A stretch of DNA of 64,000 bases, from positions 186,001 through 250,000 of the forward strand of contig JALMLS010000017.1 of the NCBI GenBank assembly GCA_038496445.1, given 5' to 3'. Source of the DNA: Trichosphaerium sp. ATCC 40318. Lineage: Eukaryota; Protista; Tubulinea. Shown piece by piece: positions 26,901-39,452 of the stretch; position 1 is the first letter of the stretch; each line of letters starts with the position of its first letter. A program made the position numbers and the translations under genes. Below the pieces are notes generated by a model that did no database searches, was not told where the DNA came from, and worked only from the letters and a program-made list of their open reading frames with translations.

Positions 26901-27404
26901 GTAGATCACGTGATTGTAAGCGTACTGCTCGACATGTGCAATACTCTTTTTGCAAAGAGCAACACATCCATTACTGTCATCAACATCAACACTCTCATCG
27001 CTGTAGCAAGGGACGAGATACTGCGACTCACCGCTTCTAGTTGCTTTACGCTTTGGTTGATTCAATGCGAATTCCCAAAAGCGATCACAAACTTCCGTTT
27101 CTTCTTGGCTCAAAGTCTATTGAAATAAGATGTTAAGATTAAAAAAATGTGTAATTCAAAAAAAAAGCACGTGGGAATTGGTTTCCAGAAAATCGTAACA
27201 TACTATTTGCCCCAATTTGATAAACTCCAGGTGTTTGACAGGTGAGAAGAGCTTAATAGGTGATAAAGTGGAGTTTTTGTCCAGTAGAAGAAAAAAACCG
27301 CGAAATTCTTTACCATCTTTTAAAAAAGCTGGCGTAGTCGCCGTATCATACGCTGTATTGCGTTGAAGTGCAATTGTTTCGTCAATGTAGTACAACACAT
27401 TCAT
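23955..27404 (-). CDS. Dicer-like RNase III protein: platform/PAZ-like region, internal dsRBD, active RNase IIIa, degenerate RNase IIIb, no helicase
   Basis: dsRBD YVSLINSY..KPQYNV....WISSVTL..CAGVHRSSKLAKLSVAQEA (~25730-25930). YFVPE connector. RIIIa HENMELVGDAL...TVADILEAIIG. RIIIb SRTQFLGNAI..NYLY..ELHTMRQ...NAHLLTSLTGAIYIDCGLEKARNFV. The 3' end could extend toward ~23250 by further splicing. Confidence 0.85.
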
Positions 27405-27536
27405 ATTTTGTAAACTTGTGTAATAGTAACCGTTAAACACTTGTCTTACAGTATCTATTGCTGTTGGATACACTAAAACAGCAGTCAACTACGTTCAAAT
27501 ACAATTTAGTTTGTATAACAATAATACTTGGTCGCA

Positions 27537-29147
27537 ATGGCTTATATTGGCGTTGGCGAGTCTTTTTATGATATTAGTAATATAATTGAGGATTTAAAGC
27601 ACAGGTATGAATTACAATCGGTTTTTTTTTGGTTGACGCTCGTTTTAGTTGGTACTTTCGTATCTGGACCGGTCTCGCGTTTGTAGCGGTCGTATTTGGT
27701 GCGTTTTAAACGGAGAAACGATTATTGTACTTATTATTACAAGGTTTTGTTGCTCTTATTATCCTTGGATCACGACAGAACGGTTGGTGTCACCCATACT
27801 TTTACGAAAAACATTTTTTTGAAAAGAAATGTTTAACGATTTCTCATATACGCGTAACTAGGTCCTTTCTTGCGTGACTATGTTATTAAAAGTGAGAAAA
27901 TACTGTTTCCACCGTTCTCTTTGAGCTATGCTGGAGAACAGTCAAACTTTACCTTCTCTGCTGTTGATTGCAAGTTCAATAACGATTCCATAAAGCAAAC
28001 AAACTGTACCAGTATGTTTTTAATGAATCTTCTTTTAAAATCGCTTGGGCTAACAATGGATACTAGCCGAGGGCAACGAAACATGCCTACAATTTACTCC
28101 GGACGTTTACGCAGTCGTAAATAAGAAAGGTATGGAGAACTACTGTTTTTTTTTTGGAAGCATGACCATTTGACTCTATGTAGAAACCTACGCGCTCAAA
28201 TGTAATCTGGGCTTTGAACAAGCTGAGCAAGGTGACATGATCGCGTACCAAATCAATGGTACGTTCCCTATTAGTAGTACGGTTGCTTTTGTAACCTTGC
28301 TTAGGCTTGAAAGAGCTTGCTGATTACGGTGAGGAGGAAGTTTATGTTTCAATAGGCCAACGCGCTTGGGTACAAACCTTTGTTTATTTTTTCTTTTTTT
28401 TTTTTTTTTTTCTTTTTTGTTATCCATTTGACATATTTTTTTTGTAGATCTACCTGCATTTGACAGTCTTTTGGAAGTCTGATCAACCAACAGTGCGTGT
28501 CTCCTTTATGTTTAAATTATTTATAACGCCGTTTAAGGTCGAGTATACGCGTAATCTTGTGTACCATGGAGCAACGGCTGATCTAACATCAATGGAGCTT
28601 GAAGTCCATATTTCTTCGTTTAAAACATTCAATTATGTTGAAGCCACGTGGTATGATGGTTGGTCTAGCAACGCTGCTATCGGTACGATAAATTACAATT
28701 TTTTACTAAAAATTTAGGAGCTTTTTTTTATTTTATTCACAACTGACCTAATAACCGCTTTGTATAGGTGGTTTCTGGTGTTTCATATATTTCTTTTTCT
28801 ATTTATGCATGATTGGTGTTGGTTTTGTATTTGGAAATAATTCCAGATTCTTGAGAGGTAAGCAAGCACATGTGACAAATATTTCTTTTTTTTTGGGTGA
28901 TTTTTTTTTTAACCTTTTGAAACAAGGCGGAAGCGTTAAAAGAGCCCATGATGAGCATTATCAACCTATCGCACCTCAAACCGCTCAACGCACTGCTGGT
29001 GAAAATGCTCCTTTGGTATCTGCTGCACCTGTCGCTGCTGAACCTATTGTACCGCTTGATCAAAGTGAACAGCCAAGTGAGCCAGCCAAAAAAAGTTCCA
29101 CAACAGCTCCTCAAAACCAGACAAGCCCTGACTTTAATCAATTATAA
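27537..29147 (+). CDS. Two-TM membrane protein with a large extracellular loop (ENaC/DEG-like topology)
   Basis: MAYIGVGESFYDISNIIEDLKHSWYFRIW + TM1; post-TM1 ILFPPFSL; Cys/N-glycan loop; YVEATWYDGWSSNAAIGGFWCF + TM2; Pro/Ala/Gln-rich tail. Confidence 0.7.
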
Positions 29148-29431
29148 TCAAAAACATAAAATAAAGTTTAACAACTACTTGACACTTGACTGCTTACATT
29201 TCGTATGTCAATGTTGTAAAACAAAACAACTGGGTAAAGCAATAGAGTAGCTCTGGCGCACTTGTGCGATAATAACGTGAACTTCAAAAACAAAACATGC
29301 TGACTTAACTTTTTTTTGCTAAGTGCCCTTGTTTGGCGCGAAACATTGAAAATATAAAAACTCAGTCGTGTAGGCGCTGTTTGTAAACAAATTATAAGCA
29401 AACCGCTACAGCGCATGAAAATAGAGTAAAT

Positions 29432-32400
29432 ATGAGTACAGTATCAAATAGAATAAGACGACGACGTCCAGTTCGTGCAAAGGAAAAGGTATTGCCTCCA
29501 AAAACGCTTCGTAGGTCTTTTTTGATTTGTGGTGGTTGTTTTTTATTTTTTCTGTTTGCTTTGCCACCGCGTCAACGAGCCTTCCACAAGCATCCAAATG
29601 TTAGCAAAGTGTAACGGTAAAATAGTTTACGTTAGAGAAAATCATTGGCACTACGTCGAGACACAACTCCGCACTTGCCGTGCACCCAATAAGCGGTACG
29701 ATTTTTAAATTAAAACTTTTTGATTTGAAATGCTAATCCTCTCAAAAAAAGGCGTAATCGCTTTCGCGGCTGGCTGCGTCATTGTGTCATATGACCCACA
29801 AATAAACAAGCAAACACGCTTTTTCATGGATGTGAAAAAACCCAAACCAAACGCCATTTACTCTTTGGCTTTCTCTCCGTACGACCAATAGCACCTATAT
29901 GTACCCTTTATTCACCCTCAAATAGAAACGGAAGATACTTGGCAGCTGGAGAAATGGGTCACAATCCATCTGTTCTTATCTTTGACTTTAGCACTCAGAA
30001 GGTATAGATTCTATACTCCTATAACTTATTATTATAACGTCAAGTGTTTATAGATTGTTTAGGTTATACTTGATTTAAAAGGACATCAATTTGGTGTTGC
30101 TAGTTTGAAATTTGATAGCAAGAGTAAATTGGTAGCTAGTGCTGGATTCCGACACGATAAGTTCATCTATGTATGGGACTTGCGTACTGGTAAAGCAGTT
30201 GGCAAGAGTACAACAAAATCCAAGGTAACTACCGTGCTTCTAATCTTTGTGATAAAAACACTCATTTCCTCGTACTGTTACTCAAATACGTCATAGGTTA
30301 ATGCTATTGCTTTTTCTGAAGATAGTTCATACTTCGTCACCTGCGGTGTACGTCACTTGAAATTCTGGTCTCTAGAAGGCTCTAGAGCATCAAAATCAGG
30401 AGAGAAAGTACGTTTGAGCGTCAGAGTGGTTCTGTTCATGAAGAACTTATGTGAATTGTTTGTAGAAATTCAAAGGATCAGATATTGTGGTTCAAGGACG
30501 TCCAGCTTTGCTTGGCAATTATCTTGATCACACATTTACAGATGTTGTATGTGGTCTAGGCAGTGCAAAGAACAGTACCCTTGTAGTATCTGACAAAGGT
30601 GTACTATGTGTTTTCAACGCCAATACGCGTGCTGTAGAAAAAACACTAAATCTTAGGTAAGATCACCCTTTTTTGTTTGGTTTGTGCACGTATTAACCTA
30701 GTTGTAGAACACGTAGAGCAAATGCTATAAGCGCCAGCGAGAGCATTTTAGCTTGCGCCTGCCAGGACGGTGTTGTGCGATTGTTTAATCCGTCTACACT
30801 TGAGTATATCGCTACACTACCAAGACCTTGTCCTCTACCAACAGCTACAGGGTATATAACAAGCTAATTATTGTTCACTCTTCTTACAGTTACTTCTAGA
30901 CTTCAATCTGCTGGAACTGAGTTGCTTTACGGAGACGCCATTGCTTGCCGACAGTCAGCAGATGGTACACGCTTGACGTGTTTATATAGTGATAGAAGCG
31001 TATTCCAGTGGGATATCAAGAATCCTAAGAAGATTGCCAAAACACGATCGTTTGTATCACATTCTGCGTGTATTTGGGATGTTAAACCTCTTCCAAATGA
31101 TCCAAGCGGGTTTACTACGTGCTCTGCCGATGATACTATTCGTATTTGGGGTATTGAAGAAACAAATAGACGTGTGACGTGTAACAGCCTTTACACACGC
31201 GATATGCTTTCTTGCATCTCTGTATCAGATCCTATGGACAGCAAAACTAAAACTTCTACTACTGCGAACGTTGAACGCCTTGATGTCGGTCAAGGTGGCA
31301 TCAGATCTATTGCTCCTAGTCTGGATGGTCAATTCCTTGCTTCTGGTACGTGTTACAGAAGTCTGACTTCGAGTTTTTTTTGACTTACTTCAAAAAAAGG
31401 TGACAGCAAAGGTAATGTTCGTGTGCACGCGCTCCGCACCTCAAAACAAGTTTGTCTTCTCGAAGCTCATGATGGTGAAGTATTGAGTCTAGATTGGACT
31501 CCTTCTGGACGCCCTTTGCTTGCTACTGCCTCAAGAGATAGATTAGTTCATGTATTCGAACCTTGGTACGTCTAGTGCACCAGCAAGATTACCTGAAGTT
31601 ACTAATTGTTATTCCCAAAGTGAAAAAGCCGATGGTTCTGTTACATTCCACCTTCGCTCTACGCTTGATGACCACTCTTCGTCTATTACTGCTGTACGGT
31701 TTACAGACGGCGGAAAAGGGCTTGTAAGTGCTGGTGCAGATAAGTCCATTCTTTGGCGACAGATCGAGGTATGCTCTTGTTTTCTTTCTTATTACTGAAC
31801 GCTCTCGTTGACTCTACCTTTTTAGTCGCCTACTGAAATTACTAGACGTCATCAAAGTGTTATGACGAATAGTGTATACGATCTAGCTATTGATCAGAAC
31901 TCTTCAAAGCCAAGAGTATTGAGTGCAGGTAGCGATAAGCGTGTTACTATTTGGGATCATGATAATCCTGGTGTAAAGCTTGGAGATCTCGCTGGAAAGA
32001 AGGAGAATGATGATGCCAGTTCTGGGTCTAGTAGTGATTATCTTTGCATTGCTATTGATCCTTCTGGTGGATATCTAGCAGCAGGCTTATCAGATAGATC
32101 AGTTCAACTATGGAATTTGAAAACCAAGGAATTAATAGGTAAGACTGAAAGATGGATGATTATCTTTAATACTCATGTTCTTTAGGTCGTTCTGCTGGAC
32201 ATTCTGAGCTAGTCACAGCACTTGCATTTACCTCTGATGGAAAGCGTGTAATATCTGTTGCTGGTAAGTTGTGGTTGGACTTTTTTTTGTAAACCTTTTA
32301 ATATTTATTATGCTGACAATAAAACTCTCAGGTGATGGATGTATTTTTGTATGGCAGTTATCTACTGAAATTACAACAGCCATAGCTCGCTCTTCACCGA

Positions 32401-33880
32401 AGGTTATCGATTCTACTCCTACATATGCTTATCGTAGAGAAGATGATAGTAACAAAGCACCAAGTGAACAAAAAAGACAGTCACTTGTTGGACAACAAGC
32501 CACCAATACAAACTTTGTTTACGACGAAAAGTACGCACAGCTATTTTGGTTTTCTGTTGCTGACTCTTTTGTTAAGAGCTTTACCTTACTGGGCAACTAC
32601 CAAGAAGGGTAAAATAACCGAAGCATCGGAATTGTTGGCCAAACCTCTACCACCAAAGGTACTGCTTTTTTATGCTTTTTTAAAAGTGGTTAAAGTCTTT
32701 TTAGGGTGCATGGAATACACGTACTCCTAAAGAACCGTTCAGTGTTTTTGGTGTAAAGTGTTTACCACAACAAGCCAGGCGTAGATACACTGTTCAAGCG
32801 GGACTAGAGGCCTCAGATGTTCAACAAGAGGAATTACATGATTCACCAATTTTCTTGCCTCAAGAAGATACCCAAGAAGGAGACTTTACTGTTACGAAGC
32901 AAGCTGCAGAGCCTGCTGGTGATCAAGTACGTAGTATTACTTCTCTTGTAGGTCTTAGTTAATGGTTATTTAGGACGAAGACGGTGCTCTACCTGCGCAG
33001 CCAAAAGAAGAAACTTCAGAGTTACCAAAAGGAGAACTAGGCGCCGGGCAAGCTCTTGAAGCTTCTACTGGTAGTGAAGATTCTGATGAAGTTATGTGTG
33101 CTGGTAGTGATAGTTCAGACGATGATAAGGTATGTTTTCCAGACTCCCGTGTAGTGATGTCTTACATTGGGTATTAGGAGAATCCTGACTCGCTTAACTC
33201 ACGCCGTATTGAGCTTAAACGAGAGGTGGAGAAAGCAAGACAGAGATTACAGCAAATGTATCCAAATATGAAGTCAAAGAAGGCTACAGCTGGCGCGGGT
33301 GTTGATGATATTGAAAATCAAGAAAACATGGTTGCAAGACCAGTAACGGCTCCTTCGTCACCAAAAACAGCTAATGAAGTTGCTCGTGCCAAAGCTTTAT
33401 TGGCTAAGATGACTGGCGAGGTTGAAGATACACTGGCTGCTGCTAAAAAGGCGAAACGTTCCAAGAGGCATTCTCTACCACTTGCTGAGACTAAGCCATT
33501 AGACCTAGGAGACGTACGTGGCAACTTGTAGCTCATAAAGCTCAAAAAAAATCCGAACTAATTTTTTTGTCTTTTAGGATTTATCCGATTTTGTTTTGGA
33601 AGAAGGTGATGATGTCTTCTCATCTAATCAAGTCATTGATGACTTGCTGTTGTCATTTGATCGTGCTATGACTCTTTTCGATAATGGCGCTCGGTCTAGA
33701 CGCTTAAATGATGCTCTGTCGACCATTGCAGGCCGGTTACAAGCTAACGGTATTGGATCAAATCAAGCCGTTGCACCAAAGGCTCCACCTGTTGATATGG
33801 ACCGTATCATGCGTGAATATAGTGAGCGGTATAGTGAGCACTTGATTAGTGTTTTTAAAGAGAAAGTAGACAAGCTATAA
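29432..33880 (+). CDS. WDR62/MAPKBP1-like WD40 protein
   Basis: TLEKIIGTT..., [95 protein letters not shown]; C-terminal [11 protein letters not shown] helix. Confidence 0.92.
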
Positions 33881-34032
33881 GCCAAACTCTGTAAAACAAA
33901 AAAAAACTGTACAATAAGTCATTTCATTCTATGTTAAGTGTTTGTTTAATTTTCTGCCTTCGCTCTTCGTAAGATTTCGTTCCAATTAGGCAATACTACC
34001 TCTTATTTGATCATTGTGTTATCTACATTACT

Positions 34033-36903
34033 ATGGTATCGTTTGCAGCTCTACCTAGCGAGATAAAAAAAGAAATCTTTTTATTGTGCTGGGACGTTGC
34101 TGACTTGGTGTCAATCATTAAAACATGTAAAACGTGGCAAAAGATAGCGGATGAGGTATAAATAAGTGTTTACGAAGGCGAAGCGACAACTTACTCGTTA
34201 TAGCACGGTGTATGGCTAAAGGCGCACAAACACAATCTAGGACCACGGAAATTCGGGTTTTACGCATACGAAACTATACAACGGTTAAACGAGTGGGAGA
34301 CAAGTTTCTACGCTTGGAAAAGTACTTTAATTGATGTATTCTAGCGTTTTAGCTAATTTAATTATGTTTAGACACTACGAATTGGAAAGAACTAGTTTTC
34401 GCTGTTAATCTTGGCGCAGTACCTACACCACAACATACTGAATCTTTAAAAAGTGTTCAACAAAAATTTTGTTCGATAAGGTCAGAGTAAAGCACATGTG
34501 TCACGTGGCAATTCTTTTTGTTAACTTTTTGTACCTTTAGGCATCCTAAAGCAAAAGAAATTTTATCGAAACAATTAGTGTCTATTGAGGAAACATTAAA
34601 CACATTCGAAGTCATGACAAAGAACGAATTTATTAGACTGTATATAGGCACGTGATATTGTGTTGATTTACATTTATTGATAAATTCACCATTAGCATAC
34701 ATACGCTTGGGGTACATTTTGAGTTAAATTTGGTAAATCGTTTTTGGTAATCTTTCATAGAATAGAAAATATGTTGGAAGCTCGCACTGACATGGAGGTA
34801 CAGTTTTCTAGTTGTTGAAGATTGTGGTGATGGTAATGTATTCCTAGTGTTCTTGTGAAGCGAATCATGTACATAATATATCAGAATCGATACAACGAAC
34901 AGTAGAATATCCATACAGAGCGCAGCACAAAGGTTCCTAACTCAATTTTGTTTTCTATTTTGTTGCTTATCGAAATAGACTACTCATTGAAAATAATGAG
35001 GCGTAATTACTTAAATAATGGAGTTGTACAAGATCATGCTAAACAGCGCTTCAAAAAATTATGGAAACTTATGTTTAAACACGCTCACACGTACTTATTT
35101 CTTCTTTAAACTCTGACTTAACCAGAGTGTTTGGTTTTTTTTGCTAAAGCAAAAACCTACTAGGTATGACTTGGTATTCCACGTCCACCCTTTCCCAAAG
35201 CCACAAGGTAAAAATACATGACGCGTGTATTGAGTAACGATCTAAATAAGCTTGTAGATGACAATAGTAGTCGATTTGGCAAGCTACACCCAACGAACAA
35301 TTGGAATCGATGGACACCTCAACCAAAGACTCCTATGAAGTATTTTATAGGCTGGAATTCAGGAGGTGAGCACCATTGATAGTGTATCCACAAAAATAGG
35401 TATCTTATCATTTACATAGATGACATATGTAAGACTGTTTATGCTTTTGGGCAGCGTAAGTATTCTTTTTTTTTCTGGTTTGTATTCACCCTTTGACTTT
35501 TTACATAGGTGTTGGGGCAACACCTGAGTGGTGTGAACAGAATTACAAACATTTACAGAAATCTATACAAACTAAATTGTACAATAACCTTTTTGTTTTT
35601 CTTGGTTTTTTCGGATTTTTGTATTAATTTACATTAATTGTAGAGACTCAGGATTTGTTCCAGGCATCGAACAGTTCCACCTTCCAACATTCAATTTTAC
35701 GCCTTTCAAAGGTTGTTACATAAATAGAATGATTTAGTGACTCACCTTGATTATATAGGCCCCTATGTTGTATATAAGTCAGGGAGAGTACCTCAAATAC
35801 TAAAGACATTGATCTCTTTCAATTCAAAAGTTGACCAAAAAATTGCACTTACACTGCCAGAAATCAACCATTTAGAGTCTTTATGTACATTGTTATTAAC
35901 TCACAAACCTGGTATTCGGTTAAAGTTTTCAGAAAAGCAGCTTGATGTTGTTCTAAAAATGTTACATTGGGAACAAGCGCATGTGTGGCCAGGTGCGAGT
36001 GCCTACTATCCTATCAAAGTATTAATGTTGTGGTAGCCATCGACCTTGCAAGATTACTTGTACTACATCCTATTGCAGCATCTTATTATTTGGTACTATA
36101 CCACGTGCTTTGTTGGTAACTAAAACTAATATTTTAATAGCATGCTGAGTCCTTTAAGTGTCATTTACTCCGATTTACATTCATAACTGCAAGCGAATGG
36201 GAGACATCGGACATGTTGCGCATGCTATGTGTCAAGCTCATTACTAACATGTTTTCTACGTACAGGATATTAACTTCTTGCTTTTATTGATACTTTTAAA
36301 AGGCCTGTACTCCTCCAAGAGATTAAAGATAATCCAGAGTTGGCTATTGATGTACTTACATTTATTTTCACATCACCTTCAGAGCTAACTATGCAATGTG
36401 TACCCAACTTACTACTAAAGTACGTCACTCCTATCCAACTACTATGTACGATCATTAATATGAATAGCTTTTCTTTTCTTTACAAGGACTCTATTGCAAG
36501 CAAATGCCCACCAAAAGTTCTTATCGCCAAAGCAGTTGTGAAATCGGTACTTCGCTGAATTTCTCATTTTTTTCACTTTTTTTTTTTGTTTTTTTTTTGT
36601 TTTTCACTGCTTTTCTGGTTTTACTTAAAGGGTTTTTTAGATACTCTCGTATCATAAGAAGGAAGATACATTATTTCGCTCAATTGTGTCTCTTTCTACG
36701 CTTTTATGGAATGATTTAAAGTTGTACTCAGAAATTAGATCAGAAGCATTAAAAGGGAGCCTCAGCGGTAACAGAAACTCAAGCCCGTACCTCACTGTTT
36801 GCTTACTACGTTTTTAGTTGTTATGCAAAGATCAAATACTCTCAAATTAAGTAAGGCAGCAGGAGAACTTGTATTTCTACTGGATTTGAATAGATGGCAA
36901 TAA
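34033..36903 (+). CDS. F-box protein with C-terminal PUL (PLAA/Ufd3/Lub1) domain
   Basis: F-box FAALPSEIKKEIFL..DLVSIIKTCKTWQKIA..W. PUL motifs QILKTLISFN, KMLHWEQAHVWPAIDLARLLVLHP and MLRMLCVKLITNMF. A frame-consistent splice path links the two. Confidence 0.7.
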
Positions 36904-37101
36904 AACCAAGAAAGTTGTGTCAGATTTGTTACAAGCTTTGTTTGACGTTTCAATCTATCGCACAAACGAGGAAATATTGTCATAGTCATGTACTCCATCC
37001 ACTTCAGTACGCTTGTTTATTACAAGATCAAATGTTTGTTCAAAAGAAAACTATGCTCTAATCACTTTATTTTATTTTACAATGTTAGTGTCATCCACTT
37101 T

Positions 37102-39355
37102 TACAAGTAGCCTCGTATGCCTATAAACTCATTTGATCAGGTCTCATTAGCATATTACCTCTGGTCAATGGATCAACTTCTGATAAGACTCTAGCATGTT
37201 TTGGTACATCCAAATCAAGATCTGGTCTGTGATGTTTTAGTGTTGCTAGGAGAGAATCTTTATCACGTGAATCCCACCAATACGGTATAGGAATGAGTGT
37301 AATACCATTACACTCACATTGGTTCTTCTTTTCATTATCTAGATATTGCTGTCTCGTAAGATTATGCGGTTGAAACACCTCGTCCAAGAAGTGTTGTTCG
37401 CCTACAGATAATATTATTGTTTGCACGACATGGAGAAGAAATCACGTGTTCCTTTTTTGGTAAAAACCCCACGTGCTCAACACTTTTTTTGTGTTTCTCA
37501 GTCCACCAAACTTACCTTGATACTCAATGCCGATTGCATGAGTAGAGATGTAAATGTCTAATGTTATAGCCACAGTCGAATGCTTATAAATACCAACAAC
37601 ATACTCTTCTACTAAAATAGCATCTTTGAATATTTTCTGAAGCATGCTCATTAGAGCCCTAGTGGTATTAGATAAGATTCATTTTACAACAAAGTAAGTT
37701 ACTTTTGTTTTGAAACTCTCTTTTTTTCTTTAAAGTTACTCCATATCCATGGAAAGTGAGGTTCTATTGATTGCAATGCTTGCGGCCAATACTTTCTTAT
37801 GCCTCCACCACCGATATCCAGAAGTTGAAGAACTGATACGCGGTACCTTCAAACGGTTGAGCATACAAGTTCGACAGTGTTTCTGAAAAGAAAAAAAAAT
37901 CAGTACCATCCTTCAGCGCTAGTCACTGAGAGCTCCTTTTTTGCCTTTTCTAGAAACAGCATCCTATTCTCTTCTGTTCTCCAAAACCGTTTGTTGTACT
38001 CAGCAAGTCTAACATCATCCCAATTATGGTCGGGAAACACAGTCTTCAAAGCATTAGCTCTGGACTCATACCTTTAATCATATTAAAAAAAAGTTGCTAA
38101 GCTAGTTTATGTACTTGGTATGCAGTGCACCTTCAAGGTCCAGTTTATCTAACGCATCATACCACTCATCTAAATACTTAACATCATGAATTTCAGCAAG
38201 TGAATCGAAATAATCTCTTTGGTTCTGAATACTATCCCAATAGTTTCTGGGTGTTTGACTAGGAAACAGTTAAATTGTAAGACACTTAAATACATGTCCC
38301 ACAATATCAACGTACGTAAAGTACCAGTACTTCCAAGCAACCTCAGGGTAAATTGAAGACAATGCAGCGGAGATATTGCTATTATACATGTTTCTAAAAA
38401 TAGCAAACTTAGAAGCCTAAAACCCGAAAAAACCAAGAAAATTTTGGTGTACGCTATATTTACTCCTCCATTTATCCTTACTTGAGATATACTGATATTA
38501 TACCAATCATCCATATGTTTAATATTAAGTTCTTTCCCTATTTTATCAAGAGTATCGCGTTGATTAGATAAGCTCTGCCAATAACCTTGTGGGGCAGCAC
38601 TGTAAAATCAAGTTAAACAAAAGACTAAAACCAGGCTGAACAACTTAACCCAAATGACTGTGGATTCCACTCGTGATCGTGATACACGTTCGATAACCAC
38701 GTGTATAGAGAATAGTTATAATGTTTCCTGAGTACTTTATTAGAGGTTGTTACAATAAAGCAAGAGAGCAAATATAAATGTGGACTTACAGTGCACTTCC
38801 ACCGCCATTGGATGAAACAAGGTCATTTGAAATAGAATACCAATCATCAAGTTCTTTAACATCAAGGCTTTCAGCTATTTGTTCTAATCTATCTCGGTGA
38901 TTGGCTATCTCATTCCAGTAGTGAGAAGGAGCTGCACTAATACATAAAATAAGCTCTGGAGCTAAAATAAATGTATTGCAAGTCAATTGCTGAATTACGT
39001 GAATGAAGAGCGATCCCATTCATGTTCAGGATATACTGCTGTTAGACAAGTGGCCAACGAGTTTCCGTAACGCTTTCTGAAGTAAAGTTAGGGAGATTCG
39101 GTTAAGGAATACTGACAGAATGCCACCAGCGCCGTTGTCTACTAAGGCGCTTGATACTACATTGTACCAGTCGCTCCTCACTTTTACACGCAATTTAACG
39201 CTCAGACCATCAAAAAAGTGACGTTGGTTGGTTATATCGCTCCAAAAGTGCTTTGGAACCCTCCTGGATGTCTTTTAGATTCAATTCGTTTTTACGCCGC
39301 TAGAACACCTACATTAGCCACTACTATCGCCACAGTGGTTGATGGTCGTCTGTCA
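37102..39355 (-). CDS. Trp-rich 5-repeat protein with C-terminal Vsr/DUF559/RAP-like PD-(D/E)XK nuclease domain (paralog C)
   Basis: Five ~70-aa repeats, then ALMSMLQKIF..EEY..TLDIYISTHAIGIEYQG|EQHF...LDNEKKNQCECNGITLIPIPYWWD. First exon and stop position approximate. Confidence 0.85.
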
Positions 39356-39452
39356 TTGCGTTCAGTGGTTTAATTTAACTGTTGTGATGAACTGGAGTCA
39401 GAAATAGTAAACAACGGAATTGTTTTACGTTACGGCAGGCACGATTATTTAT

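Noticed and set aside
27710-27790. Apparent ACG-initiated signal peptide (possible RNA editing or non-AUG start)
   Set aside because: Fully explained by an intron (~27699-27743) in a gene that starts at ATG 27537.
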